Shown here: positions 24,745 through 37,980 of the stretch, piece by piece
How positions within the stretch are numbered: position 1 is the stretch's first letter
Layout: each line of letters opens with the position of its first letter
Source: Macrostomum lignano
Lineage: Eukaryota
Direction: 5' to 3'
DNA: 64,000 nucleotides
NCBI GenBank assembly: GCA_002269645.1
Contig: NIVC01003519.1
Location: 1-64,000, forward strand
Made by a program: the position numbers and the translations under genes
The notes under the pieces: generated by a model
What the model saw: the letters and a program-made list of their open reading frames with translations, nothing else
What the model was told of the DNA's origin: nothing
Databases searched by the model: none

Positions 24745-26872
24745 AGTCAAACTCCCTTACGTCTGTTTCAGTGTCCAAATTGATGCTGTCTCATGATTTT
24801 GCGGGCCGCACGGTCCACGGAATCCTCAGTGTGCCCATGAATCCATTCCGTACTCGCTAGTTTCGTCCATGGTTAATGGAAGGTAATAGGAAGGGAGAAT
24901 TTTATAGTTAAAGGTTCCATCTGCTGCATTGGTCGAAATGCCACTTCGCGGTTATAACCTCTGATTAATGGTCAGTCATCAACTGTATTGTATGTTCCTT
25001 AGAAATTGTATGTATGCTTCGTCCATAGACAGTGTATATATGCGTCGGCCATAGACAATGTATGTATGTCTCGGCCATAGATAATGTATGTATGTTACGC
25101 ACTCGTGACCTTGGCTAATACCTTAAACTCTCGCTCCACATAAAACTTCCCTTAATTGCATTGTCTATGGCCGAAACAGTCGGTCAGTATAACGACAGAG
25201 AGGTCATTGATCGAAATGTCACTTCACGTTAATTTCCTCTGATTAATGACCGGTCATTAACTGTAAGACAAACGGCAATTTTAATAGCCTGTGGCTGTAG
25301 AGGCGCTGGTTTCGGCTTGCCTGAAATGTTGAGATGTGAGTCTTGCTGGAGAGGCATGAAAGTATCTGGAGAGAGATGGAAAGGGCTGGAGAGGGCTGGC
25401 GAGGGCTGGAGAGGCCTGGTGAGGAGGTAGAGTGAGGCTGCTAAAGAGACTGAAGCCACAGGGAGACGGGAGGAAAGAGTATCGGATAAATGGGGAGCAA
25501 GGGATACGAATACAACGGGATTTGGACTGGGTCAAACTTTCGACTGGCGGAAAGTAGAATGTGGGGAGCTGAAGCTGGTCTGGGCACAACAGGTACTTGA
25601 CTAGTCAGACACTAAGACAGGCAGCCAGCAGATTAGAGTTCAATCGACCTGACTCACTTTTCTTGGAAGACGAACACCCTTCGCTGCAGAGCAGTGTTGC
25701 AGCAAGACAGCCCAGAAGCAGCAGCCATCGGACAGACATCTTCAATGCAGAAAGAGCAGCAAAAACGCTTTAAAGCTTAAGATATCGAATTCGACTGACG
25801 ACAAAAACTTTCTGCAAAGTCGGTCTTCGCTCCGAGGGTGACACCAAGCGCTTGCGAGCCTCTCAGCTGCTGAGCTGCAGCCATAGACAGTTCTGTACAA
25901 AGTGATTCCTGTCTCACTAGCAGCGTCTGAGGGCCGACGATTGTCTATGGCAAAATACCGGCCTAATGAAGATGCGGAGGCGTGCACTTTTAATACAGTC
26001 ACTACTGAGTCTGCAGTCAATCAATGCAGCTAACCTACCATTACCATGCAGTGACATTTCGATCAATGCTTAGTGGCGGCAACGAAACGATGAGACAACA
26101 CCGCTCTGCTTATGCCTATGGATTCGAGGGCCCGAATTAAGTCCGCCCGAAAATCCATTGGCAGAACCATTAGTTCGGCTTGTTCAAAAAATAGGTAGGT
26201 TTAGTTAAATTTAGTTTAGTTAAAAATTATAGATTTTGTTAAAAATAGGAGGCAAAAAGGTGTCGTTGTTTTATTTGAAACTCGAAATATCTCAGAGACT
26301 TTTACAGTGAAAAACCGGCGTCCCATGTTAGTTGACGTTCTACTAACAAATAAATCTAGAGTCTCTAGAGTCTCTAGAGTCTCAAATAATTAGAGACTTA
26401 TTTGACGTGGATTTTGAGTTTTCTGATATGTTAATTTACAGACTAAATTGCAATTAGCACAACAGATTTCAACAAAATCAATTCAAGAAAAACCACCAAT
26501 GGAAACCAGGGCTTTCTTCCAGAGACCCATGTAAATGATAAATTAAATGCACTTAATTTTGGTACAACATCTTGCCAAGTCGCGTATACAGGAATCAGCT
26601 GTGTCTAAAATCGATGCTTGGATGTTCACTTTTGGTAGTTGAATCATCCGCGGAATTTTTTATCATATCTAATCGTATCGCTGTTTGGCGAGATATAACA
26701 CAATTGAAACGTCCCAAAATAAGACTAACCTACTTGATACTACTTACAAGCCAAAGTTATAGTAGCACATGCCGACTCTTTGGTCTCGAGTGTTCGCTTC
26801 AAATTATTTTTGCAAAAAATACTTCATCTTACTTGACAGGTGACACCACAGAATATTCTGTGGGCGACACTG

Positions 26873-27525
26873 ATGACTCCTCTGTGTCTAACAGGTGACT
26901 TCTCTGTGTCTAACAGGTGACTCCTCTGTGTCTAACAGGTGACTTCTCTGTGTCTAACAGGTGACTTCTCTGTGTCTAACAGGTGACTCCTCTGTGTCTA
27001 ACAGATGACTCCTCTATGTCTAACAGGTGACTCCTGTGTCTAACAGGTGACTCCTCTGTGTCTAACAGGTGACTCCTGTGTCTAACAGGTGACTCCTCTG
27101 TGTCTAACAGATGACTCCTCTCTGTGTCTAACAGATGACTCCTCTCTGTGTCTAACAGATGACTCCTCTGTGTCTAACAGGTGACTCCTCTGTGTCTAAC
27201 AGGTGACTCCTGTGTCTAACAGGTGACTCCTCTGTGTCTAACAGGTGACTTCTCTGTGTCTAACAGGTGACTCCTCTGTGTCTAACAGATGACTCCTCTG
27301 TGTCTAACAGATGACTCCTCGTGTCTAACAGGTGACTCATGTGTCTAACAGGTGACTCCTCTGTGTCTAACAGGTGACTCCTCTGTGTCTAACAGGTGAC
27401 TCCTCTGTGTCTAACAGGTGACTCCTCTGTGTCTAACAGGTGACTTCTCTGTGTCTAACAGGTGACTCCTCTGTGTCTAACAGGTGACTTCTCTGTGTCT
27501 AACAGGTGACTCCTCTGTGTCTGAC
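26873..27525 (+). repeat. 22-bp minisatellite (GTGACTCCTCTGTGTCTAACAG)n
   Basis: About 30 units, downstream of the NWD-like gene; an inverted counterpart lies at 29806-30504. Confidence 0.96.
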
Positions 27526-27821
27526 AGTTTGTTTATGAATCCATTACATGTATATAAAATTAACACTACAGAGTCTAACATAATCTGAATGGAGTTCAGA
27601 ATAAAAACAAAATGTAAATGAGAAAAATCAATTTTACTTAGTGTTTAAAGGTACGTTTTATTTATAAAAAAATAAGAAAATATTTAGAACACGGAAGTAT
27701 ATTAACTTTTGAATAATTTAGCGACTTCAGTTTGATTTACAGTCTATCACAATCGGCTTCATAAATGAAATGAAAGTGAAACGTTATCATAAATGACTGC
27801 AAATGACACTAAAAGTAAGTA

Positions 27822-28045
27822 CACCTTTTCACGTTCAATCCTGAACAAAGTCCAGTTCCAAAAAAACCAGCGGAAATTCAATTCAGACAATTCAGACTGG
27901 GGCAACAAACCCCAGTTCAAAACATTCTGCTACGGAAGCGAGGTTTAGCCATAGACAAAATTGTCCCCAGTCTGAATTGTCAGAATTGAATCTCCGCTAG
28001 TTTTTTTAGAACTGGACCTTGTTCAAAATTGAACGTGAAAAGGTG
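27822..28045. mobile_element. About 224-bp MITE with TA TSD (Tc1/mariner-type by TSD)
   Basis: TA|CACCTTTTCACGTTCAAT ... ATTGAACGTGAAAAGGTG|TA, with imperfect inverted symmetry extending about 80 bp per arm. Confidence 0.78.
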
Positions 28046-28948
28046 TAGTACGCGCGGCTTGTAAATTAAATAATCTCCACAATGTTAAGCTGGTGACAGA
28101 AAATCTCTTAAAATCATAATTAAATTTTTTTTAGGTTTTAAAAATCGATAAGAAAATTGTTAGATTAAAATTCAAGAGAAATTGACAAGTTCAAGTTAAA
28201 TAAAATAAAATAGCAAGAGGAAGTGTGAAAAATCTAAGATAAACTTTAAGGCAGCAATTAAAAGTACCCTTTGCTTGGTAAACTTTAAATAAACCACAGA
28301 ACATACTGCATAGTCTATGGTACCATCTGTTTTCTTCACCTCAGAAGAGATTTCAGCTTAACGCTTGTTAATCCGTTGAGAATGTCTATGGCCAGAAGGC
28401 ACACTTGGATTAAGGCACGTTTTGCCTCACGTGGGAAGGTTCTTGACGTCTGTTTACCTGGTAAGTCTCTATACATAGCATAGGAGAAAAAGCCAATGAC
28501 TACTTAAGTATAGAAGGACAAGAAACTATGATTCTTAGAAATGGTTAATGAGGCTGGTTTTCGCCTAAAAATACACTACGGAGATAGGAAATTTCCATTT
28601 CTTCAGAACAAAGTTTTTTTCAGTACTTTAGTAGTCCTTGGAAAGAGCATTCTAGAACTTTCTAGAAAGCTAGAATGCGCACGAGGTGGCCACGTGATTT
28701 AGTGTTTATGCTGGTGTCCGCTTTTTTGTAATTTATGTCCACAAAGTTTTGTCAAAGACTTAATTTGCGCGGTAAACAACTTGTTTAAAATCAAGTGCAA
28801 GTTTTCATGTCGAATGTACTTATTGATACATTAAGTACTTATTATAAAAGGCATTCCAGGCAATCATTAAAGACTAATAAGAAGACCACATTTTCTAGTA
28901 AAACTTTCTAAATTATCGACGCATGAGCACTGACACGTAGATTACACG

Positions 28949-31900
28949 TTACATTACTACACACGTAGCAGACTTCGGATTAACGCTAAATGTTCCCGTA
29001 ATTTCGTTGAATGCGACGCCGTCGTTCTCACTGCCGGTTTCCACGGATGTAGCAGCGGCAGTAGCTGCAGGTTGCGCAACAGAAGTGGCTCCTGTTGCTG
29101 CTGTCGGACGTTTCGTCAGCTTGAGCCCGGCATAGGCAGCCACGGGTCCGCAGTCGATGGCCAAATAGTTCAAGTCTGGCGTGAATGCCAAACAGTTGAT
29201 GCCGTGCAAAGATTCGAATGCGCTCAGCACGGTCCAACGAGCAGTCTCCCACACGATGAGGCAGTGATCCATGCCGACCGTCACCATTCTCTGATAGTCC
29301 GGCGTGAACTGCAGCTTCAGTACGAAACTTTTGTGCCGCCGGACGCACCGTTCCAAGCTGCCGCCTTCAACCGACCAGAACAGCAGCGACCGAAATCCTG
29401 CGGTGACAAGAGTCCGACCATTCGATGGGAAGAATTTCATGCAGATGCAGGAGCTGCGAAGCTGGAACTTTTTCAGATATTTGCCTGAATCGGCTTCGAT
29501 GAGTTTCACGGAGCCGTCGGTGCTGGCTGCCGCGGCCAGTCGGCTGTCGTCGCTGACGGCGATGGCGCTGCAGCCCGCCATCATGGTGTCCATCTGGTTG
29601 GGGTTCAATGGCCCACTGTCGCCCGTCTCAAGGCTGTACGCGATTGGAAAGTCGAAAAAGGTGCCGATGCACTGGGGAATGGGAGGTGTTTGAAATTTAC
29701 TTGACTTCACTTTCAGATGACGAGCCGTAATTTTTATAATTAAAATTTTCAACAAAAGCAACATTTTAGACGGGCGAGAAATTGCGAATCTAGTTAGACG
29801 GAGAAGAGTCACCTGTTAGAAGTCACCTGTTAGAAGTCACCTGTTAGACAGATGAGTCACCTGTTAGACACAGATGATCCACCTGTTAGACACAGAGGAG
29901 TCACCTGTTAGACACAGATGAGTCACCTGTTAGACACAGATGATTCACCTGTTAGACACAGAGAAGTCACCTGTTAGACACAGATGAGTCACCTGTTAGA
30001 CACAGATGATCCACCTGTTAGACACAGAGGAGTCACCTGTTAGACACAGATGAGTCACCTGTTAGACACAGATGATCCACCTGTTAGACACAGAGGAGTC
30101 ACCTGTTAGACACAGATGAGTCACCTGTTAGACACAGAGGAGTCACCTGTTAGACACAGAGGAGTCACCTGTTAGACACAGGTGAGTCACCTGTTAGACA
30201 CAGATGATCCACCTGTTAGACACAGAGGAGTCACCTGTTAGACACAGATGAGTCACCTGTTAGACACAGATGAGTCACCTGTTAGACACAGATGATCCAC
30301 CTGTTAGACACAGAGGAGTCACCTGTTAGACACAGAGGAGTCACCTAGCTGTTAGACACAGAGGAGTCACCTGTTAGACACAGAGGAGTCACCTGTTAGA
30401 CACAGATGAGTCACCTGTTAGACACAGATGATCCACCTGTTAGACAGAGAGGAGTCACCTGTTAGACAGAGAGGAGTCACCTGTTAGACAGAGAGGAGTC
30501 ACCCGTTCGACATGGGTCCACCCCAACTGCCAGCCGGAAAACTGCCAGCCGACAACTGCCAGCCGACAACTGCCAGCCGGAAAACTGCCAGCCGACAATT
30601 GCCAGCCGACAACTGCCAGCCGACAACTGCCAGTCGACAACTGCCAGCCGACAACTGCCAGCCGACAATTGCCAGCCGAGAAAACTGCCAGCCGGAAAAC
30701 TGCCAGCCGACAACTGCCAGTCGACAATTGCCAGTCGACAATTTCCAGCCGAGAAAACTGCCAGCCGGAAAACTGCCAGCCGACAACTGCCAGCCGAGAA
30801 ATCTGCCAGCCGACAACTGCCATCCGACAAGTTCTAGCTAATTGAATCTACTGTAGCCTACTTATTAGCTAAGTAAAAAGCACGAAACTGTTTGGCTAGC
30901 AAAAGGCTTGTGGGGTAGCCTTAAATGTCGCCCTTCCCTACCCTAATTTTTTCAGATTTTCATTAGAAGTATATATGTGAAGGAGAAAGCATTCAAATTT
31001 CGTATTTTAGGTAGCCTTTGGTCTTTCTTTGAAAGCTTTATTTAATTAAAGTAATTTAATAGACTTATCTAGGATTGCGTCATATAGCAATCGCAAATTA
31101 AATAATAAAGTAAATAAACTTTCAATACAGAAATATTTACAATAGGCATTACAGAATGCCATCTCCTTCACATATATACTTCTAATGGAAATCTGAAAAA
31201 ATTAGGGTAGGGAAGGGCGACATTTAAGGCTACCCCACAAGCCTTTTGCTAGCCAAACAGTTTCGTGCTTTTTACTTAGCTAATAAGTAGGCTACAGTAG
31301 ATTCAATTAGCTAGAACTTGTCGGATGGCAGTTGTCGGCTGGCAGATTTCTCGGCTGGCAGTTGTCGGCTGGCAGTTTTCCGGCTGGCAGTTTTCTCGGC
31401 TGGAAATTGTCGACTGGCAATTGTCGACTGGCAGTTGTCGGCTGGCAGTTTTCCGGCTGGCAGTTTTCTCGGCTGGCAATTGTCGGCTGGCATTTTTCGG
31501 CTGGCAGTTGTCGACTGGCAGTTGTCGGCTGGCAGTTGTCGGCTGGCAGTTTTCCGGCTGGCAGTTTTCCGGCTGGCAGTTGGGGTGCTCCCGTTCGACA
31601 TGTACTTTACCACCAGTAAAATATCTAACGACTTACAAAGCTCTTAGCAAAATACACAAAATATAGCATTAATTTCTATTCACCTTTTTCCCATTTGGCG
31701 TGAGCCCGACCTGATTAAAGCCGTACAGTCCGGGCATTTTATGCATTCGCTCCCCAGTTGATAGGTCAAATACGTATCCGTAGCATTCCATACCGGCTTT
31801 ACCAGCCACTAGAATGTTGTTGCTAAGAGCCAGACAACTCGGCTCGCCTCCCTCGATCGATAGAGTGTGCAATTCTGCGCCTAAAATGCATTTAGTTTGT

Positions 31901-34900
31901 TACATATATATATACTTGTTACAACGTACACTACTTTGTTTAATATACTTTAGATGCTATTAACTTACACTTCTTCAGTAGTATGCAGTGCAGAACGCCG
32001 TGCTTTTCGGCAACAACGAGCCAACTTTCGTTGGACTCTGTCAGGCAGATGGGCGATTCGTATTTGCGACTTTGTTTCGGTTTCAGATTTCCGCTGCCGA
32101 GGTCGTGGAAGAGAACCCAACCGCTGGATCGAATGCAGGCTAACAGGTTGTACTGGCTACAGAGTTTTTGTGTGGGTGCAAATGTAATTTGGTTACTGCC
32201 TTCCAGTTACATTAGCTACTGGCCGTTGTGGCTTAAAGTACACTTCTTTTCTAGCATGGCTTAACTACCACCACGAATCTATGATGGTTGTGGCTTAACT
32301 ACTATCACAAATCTAACAGTTGTGGCTTAACTACCCTCAGTTGTACCACAGAACTCACACGCTCAGATGCAAGCCAACAGTTTTCTCCGATTCAGGATTT
32401 TTCTCGTAGCCAGTCTGAGCTTCCAGCTCTTGCAGTTCTCGCATCACTTCCGGATTCGTGCTCCGTCGATGACTGACTGCTCGATCAATCAATTTCTGTC
32501 GATCCCAAACGCAACAAATATTGTCCTTAGCAACGGTTAGTAAATAACCTCGCCAAGACCAGCACAATAACAGTTCGCTCTCGTGCCCACCAATGCTGCA
32601 TAGCGTTTCGGCTTCGTCGAGATATTTACTAGCTTGCAGGGTTGCCGGTCGAAAAGTGCTGACCGTGAGATGTCGATCGTGGTTGAGGCAGTGGCACACC
32701 AGGCCCTGTTCAATTGACAGCCAAGCCATGCCGGTCACAGCGTGCCTGCTGGCGGGAATTCTGCTGACAACCCGATGTCTGGCCATGTCGTACACTAGTA
32801 TTGGCCACTGACTGTTGCCATTGATGATTATGTGCTGATTGTAGGCTGCCAATAGGAATCTAGCGTCCGGACTGGGACACAGCAGGCTCAGCTTGTACTT
32901 TACGTAGCCATTCGGTAGACGCTGTGCTTCGCCCTTGCTGACGTCAATCAGAGCCAAATCGCATTCGCCAGTTTTGTCCAAATGAGACGTACTCAACGAG
33001 GGGAACTCGCTTGTGACGAAGGTGTGCGGACCGACTGGCACGAGGAGCTGATTCCAGGTAGCTAGGAACTCCAGCTGGTCTCTGACCAACGAAGCCGTGA
33101 ATTTATCTTTATCGGAGTACTCTTCGCCAATAAACGAACGAATTCTATAAGACAGTTTTTCGGACTCAACGGGCCAGACTAGGTACTCGAGTAGGCTGCT
33201 AATTCCTACCACGTAGCGACCGCACACAGACGTGAATGCGTGCAGAAGAACGTCCTCGGAGTCCAGAGAGTACACGACTCGAACCTTGGGCGCATCACTG
33301 CTGGACAAAGATTCCAAGGGGAAATCGAACAGCTGCAGTCTAGAGGCTTTCGGATTGGTGAGGTCAAGACAGAGAAGCGACCGCCCGGAGTGAGTAAAGC
33401 AGAGACGCCAGCACTGCTGCGGCGACCCGAATACCAGAGACTTGCTGACCGTGTCAAACACGGCGTCCATGCCCTGCGACATTCGTGAAAAAAAACAAAA
33501 ATGTTTAGTTCTTCCTTCTAAGGACAATGTTACACACAATGACAGACGCACTTTAATAAGTCGCTATTTTTTCTGAACTGCACTGGCACAACAGTAAAAA
33601 GTCAGCAATTTAACCAACCTTAGCCTGTTCGTAACTCTTGTCCCGATTAAAAGTGACGGACAGAATAACATATCGCTGATCCGCAGCATTCTGCTGTTTA
33701 ACCTGATGAATATCGAACGGCAGGTCGAAGCTGTCAGTCATGCGCAGCCGAGTGTCCAGCATCTGCAGCTGTGAGGTCCCACCGTGTTTGAATTGCGTCA
33801 CGAATAGCGATTGGTAATCCAGCGAGCGAGCGAACGGGCTGTCGTTGAAACTACCTGACATGAAATTGAACAGAATGTTTGACAGGATTCTACCCTCGTA
33901 AAATAAGATTATGAAAATATATTTAATATTTTGACACTATTGACAGCATCTTTGACTCGCGTAGAGGTCATCTCATCTTTCTTACACGTAGAGGTTACCT
34001 ACGTGTTAGAACCGATGGGTCAACCCATTGGGAACTAGGTTCTCGAACTTTTTAGTACACAATTTCCACTGATTATAAATTAGACCCCCAACCAATTTTC
34101 ACGTGGAAAAATAAAAAAGCAGCAATTACCAGTGTTAAATAAAAATCTACTCACCTCCGGGGTATCCGCACACAACTTCCCGCCTAGCAACAAGTTCTCC
34201 ACCTGGCTGCGGCACGCACTGGCTTAATGGCAGCAGACAGGGAGCCTGCTGACCTTCAGCGAGCTCTACGGCGCGCTTGCAAAGGGTTTTAAAGTGCGCC
34301 GGCACGCTGCTGCAGCCGGCCCACTGGCCAACCAGCTGCGCAGTAAGCGATCTGGGGCTCGAGATCAAACAGCTGTGCAGAAGCTCCAGCGTTGCTAAGA
34401 GATCTTCGCAGGCTCGTTTCGATTTGTTATCGGCTTCGTTTATGGACGTCTTTTCGATAGCCAACTCCAGGTCACTGAGCAGTCTAGACAGGCCTAGGGC
34501 TTCAGCGACGCCGATCAACCAATCGACGTTGCAGGCGTATCGATCGACAAATTCGGCAACTCGACCGCCCAGCATGAGGTGGTGCGGCAGCTCGTCTAGT
34601 TGACGAAGATTCAACTGGAACGAAGTCAGTCGAAGGGGCTGCGCAGGAGCGCCTCTGTCGCAGTCGGCGTACGAAGCTTTCTTGCGCTTGAACAGCTCCA
34701 GCGGTTTTGTTTGACCGTACCAGCGTCCTGTGTTGAAGGGTTAAAAACAACACATACATACTAATCATTCATACGAAAACAAAATCCTTATCACTTCCCT
34801 CCTCGCAGTACCGTCTGTGAATTTCTAAGAAAACTTACCGCTAAAGTAATCGGCAAGGCAGCTGTGCAGTTTCTCGTTCAGCTGAGAGTCGCTGCAGTAG

Positions 34901-37900
34901 CGCCTCTCCGCAGCCTCGGCAAACTGTCTATGGTACCAGGCCACAACTCTGGAGCCGCCGAAGCCCTGCCTAGTGACTAAATACTCTCCGCAATCGTCCC
35001 TGATTCTAGTCCACAGCAGTGGCGGGAGGCGCACCATCTTTGGATCTGGCGGCAGCTGATGCAGATAGGTATCCTGGAGGACCTCGTCGTCTAGCGAGAG
35101 CACGTCTTCGAGCTCCTGCTCGGTGAGGCCGGACCGACTCAGCGCTAGATAGGCGAATGCTCGAGATACTAGCATCTGACCATGGCTTTTCTCCAAGCCG
35201 GTCAGGACCTGATCGATCGCCTGATCCAAAGTTGTTGGCAGTGAGTCGTTCCCAACCTCAGTAAATGAGCGCCATTTTAGAGCCTGATCAACCAGAAGCT
35301 TTGAAAACAACGGCTGGCCAGTTTTGGATACTGATTGAAGCAGCACCTGTCTCTGTCTATCGTAAGGGTTGGGAAACGGGGCACGGAATGTAGGCGAGCT
35401 CAAATGACCATAGGAAAGTATCGCGGGATCATTTTTGCACAAATACACCAAGCGAGACTTACTTTCCCGTGAGACTTCTTCCAGCAGCTTTGAGAAGCGA
35501 CTCAACTAGAGCCTGTGAATCGGCCGGAACCATCGGGTCCAGCTGCACGAGGCAGTCATTGGGAAATCTACCGCGAGCGCTGCTCAAACAGACGCCGAGG
35601 CAGCGATCGCTAGCAAAAGTGACCACGAGTTTGACATTCGCTGGCAGCTCAGAGGGTAAGAAGCTCAAACTATGAGCACCATCACTAGTCTCAAGTTGGT
35701 CCACCGAGTCGAGCACAAGAAGCAGAGCTCGTCCGTCAGTTGCAGCCGCTGACGCTCGATAAAGCAGCGCTTTGAAATGCTTGACAAGAAAGTGATAGTC
35801 TGTCGACAGCTCTGGATCGGTGTGCACGTCAAGTTCGTGCAAGCTGTACAGCAGGCAGATCTGGTGGCACATAGACGCCAAGAGTCGTTTGATAGTCAAC
35901 GACTGAGCAGATGTTCCTAGGAATCTTAGCACTTTCACCGGCACGGTTGGGAACCAGGCGTCTGCAGTGGATGCCACCGCGGCGGCTAAGGACGTCTTGC
36001 CGCTGCCCGAAGGTCCGTGCAGGATCACTGGGCGGGAAATCAGATCGCCAGGCTGTGACAGCGGCGACTCCGTCAGCTTGCGCTGTCGCTCGCGCTCGCG
36101 CTCCTAGAGAGGAGGGAATAAATATTTGTGAGCTACACAGGTACATATTATATTGAGTTTAGGCTCAAGGGTACTTATGTTCGCAGCGAAAAGTACTACT
36201 GAAAATCAAGTTCTATAGCGTCAACACTGAGCTTAGTTTGGCCCAATCTAATGCCTAACCTCTGTGTCGTCCATAGCGAAACTGACTCCCATTTGCTCCT
36301 GCAACGCTTCGCCCATCTTCTGGTGCTGTTGGCTTAGACTTTCTTCTTTGTCTTCGTCCTTTTGAGTTTTGGCCGCGGTTGCATCACCCTGAGAACGGCG
36401 CTCACTCATCAAAGCGAGACGGACTCGCTCAAGATCAGCTGAGCGGCCAGCGAAGGTTTCTAGTTTACTGACAGCCAGATGCAGATGATGCAGTACTTCA
36501 GTGTACAGTTCCGGCGACTCCATACTGTAAGAAAATTGAGATGACCTAGCGGAGTCCACCTGTTGGCGAACAAGGTTGACGAAATCGCGACAGAGATTCT
36601 TTAGATAGTGCGTGTGCGACAGCAGGCCGCTGTCAACACCTTTATCTGTCCATTTCAGTCCCAAGTACTTCAGCATCTGCGACTCGGACAGCACGGCGGG
36701 AATCTTTGTTGATTTTAAACGGTGCAGAAGCGCCTGCGGTTCAGAGGCCACCTCGCCATCCTCAATGTCGATGAAACGACCTGAATTTGTTAATGTAAAA
36801 CGTTGCAAGTTTACAATTTCTATGATTGTATTAATGACGTGATACCAGATCAAACTCACTCGCTATTCTGTCGCCGATATTTATTTCGTCAAATTCTCGA
36901 ACTATGCACAGGCAGCGAGAGTCAGCATCAGCTTTAGCCTCGGCATCAAGTAGTCCCGCTTGAATTTCTTGCTCAGTAACAGAGGCTAGATACTTGAATG
37001 CGTCAGCTTCAGTCATTGTTGCCTTGGAAACGCAGGATTTGGCGCAGGATCGAAGAAATTCCGTTATGGAAGCGTTCTCCAATTGCCATTTTTTCTCGTC
37101 TTCCCGTCGGAGTCTCTCATCATCTCGATTGTCGTAGTTGACCAGCACAGCCGTAATTGGCAGCAGAATGTAACGTGGAGGTCGCGAGTTTGCGTCAAGT
37201 TTGAACCAACGATGAATGGATTGATCATCCAATTTAAGGCGTTTAGCTTCGTCAATGAGCTGATTGAATTCTTCAGTAGGAATCTCGTTGGGATAGTAGC
37301 GGTGACCATATTTCGCACCTAAGATTACCTGGAATATTTATTTTTCTAACTTTAAAAAAATATTCATAGTTGACTTGTAACTTATTGGCAGAAAAATAGA
37401 GACAGGTTTTTATTTCTAAATGTGTACATGTCTAGTCTTAGAAATTTAGTGTGTTACTCACAGCAAAACATGGTCCCAACGAAACCTGGCGACATTTCAA
37501 CACTTCTCGAATGCACAGATCCGTCGTTTTGTGCTCCAACGCTGCGTCGTCTCTGACGCCCCATCGCATGTCGGCAACCTTTGAATTATTCACGAATCAA
37601 TCAGTAACATTAAGCCCTCAATATCAAGACGGCTACCCGGTGTACTGAGATAAGCTTACCTGAAAATCGAGTCGTCTTTCTCGGCAGTAGACCCTGAGTT
37701 TAGGAATCGCATCACGAAATAAAGCATTGCGCTCTTCGCCAGTGTCTGAATGAGACAAGCATACGAATTATTTTTGTTGACATCTAGAAACTATCTGAAC
37801 CTTAATTGATCAACAAAAAGATTTAAATCGCTGAAGTAAGTTATACAGTTTCTCACCTGTAAAAGTTGAGCTCAAAAACACTCTGACAATTGTCTTCTCC

Positions 37901-37980
37901 TGATCTGGCAATTCGCGCAGGCAGCCTTCAAGGACCTGCTTAAACTTGGCTTCTGCACTCTCCCTGCGAGGTGTGAGCAT
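28949..37980 (-). CDS. DUF4062-NACHT-WD40 protein (NWD1/NWD2-like STAND NTPase), 13 exons
   Basis: Phase-consistent exons: 37980-37857, 37745-37660, 37578-37462, 37328-36860, 36780-36260, 36103-35463, 35356-34839, 34727-34155, 33854-33619, 33473-32359, 32156-31969, 31880-31684, 29671-28949. Motifs: VRVFLSSTFTD..ERNAL, DMRWGV, LGAKYG, Walker A GPSGSGKT, Walker B LLLVLDSVDQL, WYHRQF, and C-terminal WD40 repeats. Confidence 0.9.
29806..30504 (-). repeat. 22-bp minisatellite, inverted relative to 26873-27525, in the last intron of the NWD-like gene
   Basis: (CTGTTAGACACAGAGGAGTCAC)n on the plus strand, about 30 units. Confidence 0.96.
30514..31592. mobile_element. 1079-bp foldback-type non-autonomous DNA transposon (Mutator-like by 9-bp TSD)
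   Basis: Arms 30514-30994 and 31154-31592 are reverse complements carrying (AACTGCCAGCCGAC)-type subrepeats, with an AT-rich spacer of about 160 bp. TSD GTTCGACAT at 30505-30513 and 31593-31601. Confidence 0.88.

Noticed and set aside
26873-27525. CRISPR-like regular array
   Set aside because: The units are head-to-tail with no unique spacers, the context is eukaryotic and no cas genes are present.
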